From: a plasmid
Direction: 5' to 3' (one strand)
DNA length: 64,000 nt
NCBI RefSeq assembly: GCF_055900595.2
Contig: NZ_JBVWEU010000003.1
This document shows, piece after piece, positions 59,686 to 64,000 of this stretch. Position 1 is the first letter of the stretch. Each line of letters begins with the position of its first letter. The translations under genes and the position numbers were made by a program. The notes below the pieces were generated by a model. That model was given only the letters and a program-made list of their open reading frames with translations, was not told where the DNA came from and searched no databases.

Positions 59686-62600
59686 TCATCGGCCGGGGCT
59701 GTGAGATTGTGCCTGTTGCAGAGTTTTTTCCTGCCTGTCCTCCGCCTTTTGGCTGTCAGACCACTCTTTCCAGGTCTGCTCAAAACCCAGAGAGCGGAAA
59801 AGCTTGTCCGGCTGCTCTTCCGGTTTATGGATGGCGGCAAACAACGGCGTATCCTGTTGCTTCAGGTGAAACTGCATCATTTGTGGGGCCGGACGCTGAT
59901 GAGTATTCTCATCGTGGTTGACAGCTTCACCGTAGCCGGCAAACTGCAGACCGTTATCCGTCAGTGCATTGATGACCAGCTGACGGTTGTTTGTTGTCGG
60001 GGTGGCCAGTGCCGGGTAGAGGGTGCCGTTCAGACGGACCACTCCCTGCAGATGCTCATCTGCGCTGTGGACCAGCAGAAGATTCAACTGACGATTGTCC
60101 TTATCGGCGGAGGCGACGGCAGGAATCAGTTCATCGGGGGCTTTACCAGCGAGGGGGAGTCGCATTGATTGATCCTGAGGTTCTGATGCAGGTTGCCTGT
60201 CTTCACCAATGTACAGATTATTGGGAGGATTTTTGGGGGAACGAACTTCCTGCATTATCTGTGGCCAGTGTTGCTGCATTTGTGACATTACCTGACTGAA
60301 TGTTTTCATCGGAAATTCCAGGATATGCTGACCAGCATGAGGAAGGTCATTATCGACGGTAATGCCGTTACTGACAGGAGTCATGGCCCAGATATTTCGC
60401 ACCCATTCCGGTTTGCCCGGTGATGAAGGTGATCTCTCCCGGGCCTGCAATGTCAGCGTGACGGGGTCGCCTTTCTGGTGGTTTTTGACCAGTTCTTCCA
60501 GGCCTTTTCCCCAGTATTCCCGTTTGCCACTGCGGTTGGTGAGCTCCACAAAAAAGCAGCGCCCTTTTCCGGGCGCATACTCTTTTTCTCCGTAGTTTGT
60601 CAGGACGGCAGTCACACTTTCACCGGGGCTGAGCTTGCCGGGCGGCTCTTCCTCCGGTGTGTCGGGTTGCTGCGGCTGTGCACTGACAGGGGCTTTTTCT
60701 GGCGCTGACGACGGGGCGGCTGGTTGTTCCGGTCTGTCGGCCCGGGGGGCTTCAGCTTTTGCCGTGACCGGCGCTTCCGGATGCGGTGTTTCAGCCGTAC
60801 TGCCTGCTGTTTGTTCAGCCTCTGCCTTCGGTGACACAGGGGGTTCCGGTTGTGCCATTGTTGTTTCTTCCGGTGACTGGCGGTTGAGTTCCGGCGTGGG
60901 TCTGTGGGTGACAATGGCATCATGCACCATCTCTTTTTCCTTGCGGAGTTTTTCCAGTGCTGCCCTCTGGGCCGGGAGTTTCATGCGAACCTTGATGTCG
61001 TATTCGACAATCAGCTGCATGGCTTTTTGTTTAAAGGCATCACTGCCGGTCAGCTCGATAACGCCGCCATAGAAGTTGGTGGCCACAGCAAGGGCAGCCA
61101 GAACCTTTTTGTCATCCGCGCTGGCACCATCCACCATTTCGAGACAATAGAGTCTGTCCAGGAAGGCTGGTTCGCCGTCAACACGGAAGAGCGCTGTCCT
61201 GTCGGGAAACTCTTCGTGCTCAAGATTTTTAATAATCTCGTCCAGGTTGTGCCGCTGCGGACTGTCGGGACGGCGGGGCGCAAAGATAATCGTGTCCGGT
61301 TCCGCTGACGATGTGTCTTCCGGGCTGTTTTCCGGTGGTGATGGTGGTGCGACCTCCTCTGTTGCTGTTTCAGCCTCCGTGGGCTTTTTCTCCTGAATAA
61401 CGGAAGGTTCTGAGGTGCGTGATTTCCCACCGGTCAGAAAACGGCGCAGACGGCTGAAAAGCGATGGCGTTTCAGGGGGGGCTGCTTCATTCGCTGTGCT
61501 GGTCTCAGTGGCGGACACAAGACGCTCTTCCTGCAGTTTATCTTCAGCCGTCGGTTCAGCGGTGGCCTGCCGGACTGGCTGAGTTTCTGCTGGTTCAGAA
61601 GGTGAGGCTGTTTCTGCTGTGCCGGTGTTGTGAACAGTGGCAGCAACCGTGGCATCGGCATTGAGCTCCTCAGGCGGTGCGTCACGGTTGTTATCGGGGA
61701 CGGCAGAGGCACTCTTTTCACTGGTATCCGTTGCAGACAGAACATCCTCTTCCTGCGGTTTATTTTCTGCCGTTGCTTCAGGGGTTGCCTGCTGAACAGG
61801 CTCAGTCCCGGCAGGTTCAGAAGGTGAGGCTGTTTCTGTTGTATCGGTGTGGTGAGCCGTGGTCATCACAGTGGCATCAGCGTTGAGGTCTTCCGCAAAT
61901 GCGCTCCAGTCGTCAGCGCTGGCCATGGAGACCTGCAGTTGTTCTTCAGTCTGCGTTGTGGTGGTGTGCTGTGTCCCGGTCGCGTCGGAGACGGAGGTTT
62001 CCGGTGTGTCGTCACCTGGGGAGAGCTCTTCTGCCTGTACGCTCTGGTTGTCAGCGGTGGTGGCAGAGGCATTTTTTTCACCGGTATCAGCGGCAGGTAT
62101 AACGCTCTCCTGAGGTTTGTCTTCTGCTGTTGGTTCAGGGGAGGACTTCTGAACAGGCTGAATCTCTGCAGGTTCAGGAAGCGTTCCTGTTTCTGCTGTG
62201 TTGGTGTTGTGAGCGGTGTCTGTACCTGTGGCGTCTGTATTGAGGTCTTCCTGGTCGCCAGCGGTAGCCGCAGAGGTATTCTCTGTGCCGGTATCAGCGG
62301 CAGACGCAATATTCTCCAGTGGTTTATCCGGGGATAACGTCTCCGTAGTTACTGACTGCAGGGATGCATAGGCGGCATAGTCATCTTCATATGCCTGGTT
62401 TTCTGTCTCTTCAGTGTGGATGTCATAAGGCGTATCCGGTGTCGCCAGCACCGTTTCCGGGGCTGTGCTCTGTTTGTTTTCAGGGGACATTTGTGGCTTC
62501 TCATCTTTTACCGGTGTGAATATCAGGTTGCCGATCACGACAGCCTCACGGTGGTCGGCAGTGTCACTGTTGGGTGTGGGGATACCGATATGTTTTAACT

Positions 62601-63717
62601 GTGCGTTCATGACATGCTGAAAGTCGTCCCGTCCCCGGCTGGCGTCCAGGTCATTGAAATCGGTCAGTCCCTGTGCTTTTTCCTCCTCCGTAAAGGCCGG
62701 AATAATGACTTCGCCATTCGTGACTTCTGCGGCTTTTGTTGCACTAAAAACCCCCTTGTTAATTTCCCGTTGATGATCGTTGTCGGCACAGAAGACAAAG
62801 GGGCTGTCAGTCCAGATTTGGCGGGCATTTTCTGCCACGGCAATCATATTGCCGGCATCAACTGTCATCAGAACCGGAAGGCCGGTGGCTTCGTGCAGGG
62901 AGGCGGCAGTAGCGTAACCTTCCGCAAATAACAGGGGACGGCCATTTTCCGGGGTTCCGAAGGTGAACCAGTTGCCGGTTTTCTCGGAGTCTTTCAGAAT
63001 GCGGGCATCCTTCCCGCCGGTGACCGGAATACGCTGGTACGAACGTATTTCCCCCCGGCCGTTGCTGAAGGGAATAACCAGCTCATTTTTATTGTTCAGC
63101 CGCACGCCAGGCGCGGCCCGGATGCCCTTGCGCGTCAGGTATTCATGTGCTGTTGCCTGTGGCAACCCGTTAATATAGGAGCGGGCATACCGGGCCTGTT
63201 TGTTGTACTGTTGCTGCAGTTTACGTGCGTTATCATCGCGCTGTTGCTGAGCGAATGCCCGCAGATGCAGTCTGGCCAGAGGATCGTGTTGTTCTCCGCC
63301 GGAAAATACCCAGTTTGTGGGACTGTCATCGGCGCTCCGGTAGTCGCGGTACCAGCCAGCGGGGCGCCCATCAAGATAGGCTTTGTATGCGCCACTTTTG
63401 GCCCCTTTTTTGTCATCCCGGGTGGCGACTCTGTGTATGGCGCCATCCATCTGTGGCAATCCCTGAATAACCAGCCCGGCGTTTTCCAGGACCTGAGCAA
63501 ATTCGGTGACCGGATCGCCGGCATCCATCGACAGTTCCTGCGGCCGGGGTAACCAGCGCTCCAGCAGAGAAAGTTCGGTACCTGCCCGGGCATACCAGAG
63601 TTTTTTTTCTGGATCCCATGCGACAGCTTTGCGGCCATTTAACGGGGGTACTGCATTTTTTACGGCTTCTGTCTCCTCAGGCGGGACAGCAAGCCAGGTA
63701 CGATATCTGGACTTCAT
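59686..63717 (-). CDS. Conjugative DNA primase (Sog/TraC-like) with a central acidic tandem-repeat linker
   Basis: 1343 aa; N-terminal Toprim-like primase motifs (LLFAEGYATAASLHEATGLPVLMTVDAGN…FCADNDHQ); the middle contains about three ~70-90-aa repeats. Confidence 0.75.
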   Translation of the reverse strand: MKSRYRTWLAVPPEETEAVKNAVPPLNGRKAVAWDPEKKLWYARAGTELSLLERWLPRPQELSMDAGDPVTEFAQVLENAGLVIQGLPQMDGAIHRVATRDDKKGAKSGAYKAYLDGRPAGWYRDYRSADDSPTNWVFSGGEQHDPLARLHLRAFAQQQRDDNARKLQQQYNKQARYARSYINGLPQATAHEYLTRKGIRAAPGVRLNNKNELVIPFSNGRGEIRSYQRIPVTGGKDARILKDSEKTGNWFTFGTPENGRPLLFAEGYATAASLHEATGLPVLMTVDAGNMIAVAENARQIWTDSPFVFCADNDHQREINKGVFSATKAAEVTNGEVIIPAFTEEEKAQGLTDFNDLDASRGRDDFQHVMNAQLKHIGIPTPNSDTADHREAVVIGNLIFTPVKDEKPQMSPENKQSTAPETVLATPDTPYDIHTEETENQAYEDDYAAYASLQSVTTETLSPDKPLENIASAADTGTENTSAATAGDQEDLNTDATGTDTAHNTNTAETGTLPEPAEIQPVQKSSPEPTAEDKPQESVIPAADTGEKNASATTADNQSVQAEELSPGDDTPETSVSDATGTQHTTTTQTEEQLQVSMASADDWSAFAEDLNADATVMTTAHHTDTTETASPSEPAGTEPVQQATPEATAENKPQEEDVLSATDTSEKSASAVPDNNRDAPPEELNADATVAATVHNTGTAETASPSEPAETQPVRQATAEPTAEDKLQEERLVSATETSTANEAAPPETPSLFSRLRRFLTGGKSRTSEPSVIQEKKPTEAETATEEVAPPSPPENSPEDTSSAEPDTIIFAPRRPDSPQRHNLDEIIKNLEHEEFPDRTALFRVDGEPAFLDRLYCLEMVDGASADDKKVLAALAVATNFYGGVIELTGSDAFKQKAMQLIVEYDIKVRMKLPAQRAALEKLRKEKEMVHDAIVTHRPTPELNRQSPEETTMAQPEPPVSPKAEAEQTAGSTAETPHPEAPVTAKAEAPRADRPEQPAAPSSAPEKAPVSAQPQQPDTPEEEPPGKLSPGESVTAVLTNYGEKEYAPGKGRCFFVELTNRSGKREYWGKGLEELVKNHQKGDPVTLTLQARERSPSSPGKPEWVRNIWAMTPVSNGITVDNDLPHAGQHILEFPMKTFSQVMSQMQQHWPQIMQEVRSPKNPPNNLYIGEDRQPASEPQDQSMRLPLAGKAPDELIPAVASADKDNRQLNLLLVHSADEHLQGVVRLNGTLYPALATPTTNNRQLVINALTDNGLQFAGYGEAVNHDENTHQRPAPQMMQFHLKQQDTPLFAAIHKPEEQPDKLFRSLGFEQTWKEWSDSQKAEDRQEKTLQQAQSHSPGR
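61400..62350. repeat. Tandem ~210-270-bp repeats inside the primase gene (about 3 copies)
   Basis: Repeated DNA blocks seen directly; the track also shows mutually similar plus-strand ORFs (61464-61664 and 61677-61886) as a by-product. Confidence 0.7.
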
Positions 63718-63780
63718 GTCGTTCTCCGGGGATTAAAGATGAGGGCGTTGTGATACGCCGGGATGATGGACAAAAGAGGG

Positions 63781-64000
63781 CTATTCTGGTCCGTGCCATT
63801 CACGGGGTAATTCTGTGCGGTGTCGGTACCACCAGGGACGTCCTGATGCCTGCTTACCCTGAAGCAGGCTGTACAGACGTATACAGAGGGTGCGGACTGT
63901 CCAGCCGGAATATCCCAGGAGCATAAAAAACAGCAGAATGCCGCTGCACACCCAGAATGTTGTTTTTGACGGATACGGAAACAACAGCAGGTAAATCATG
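63781..64000 (-). CDS. Partial membrane protein (TraK-like?), 5' end probably beyond window
   Basis: Hydrophobic ORF reaching the window edge on the minus strand; assigned by position only. Confidence 0.3.
   Translation of the reverse strand, partial: MIYLLLFPYPSKTTFWVCSGILLFFMLLGYSGWTVRTLCIRLYSLLQGKQASGRPWWYRHRTELPREWHGPE

Overview
This window reads as a conjugative enterobacterial plasmid backbone with a replicon, an accessory junkyard, a leading region, oriT and a transfer region. It opens inside a RepA1/RepZ-family replication initiator gene (5' end outside the window) followed by an origin-like region with a DnaA box and a HigB/HigA-type toxin-antitoxin pair. A visibly AT-rich ~5.6 kb island (about 3950-9520) follows, encoding a LysR regulator, a frameshifted thymidylate-synthase-like enzyme, a YjjX-like NTPase, an amidohydrolase-type deaminase, a PurN-like formyltransferase and an MFS transporter; this is my lead candidate for an undescribed system. 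Next come mobile-element remnants: an intact IS66-family element with 8-bp target duplication splitting an mliC-like gene, a truncated IS110-family transposase, an AraC regulator and a Tn3-family terminal repeat. A ParA partition operon flanked by iterons and an SOS-regulated impCAB/umuDC-like operon precede a GC-rich leading region (methylase, klcA, ssb, ParB-like, psiB, psiA, ardA, Rpn nuclease, several unknown ORFs) punctuated by two families of long structured repeats. The rest is oriT, nikAB, trbCBA, nuc, IS1 and an I-type transfer set (traY to traL) ending with a repeat-containing primase. I found no rRNA, tRNA or CRISPR. All calls are from reading the sequence and ORF translations; no searches were run, and coordinates I derived myself may be off by 1-2 bp.
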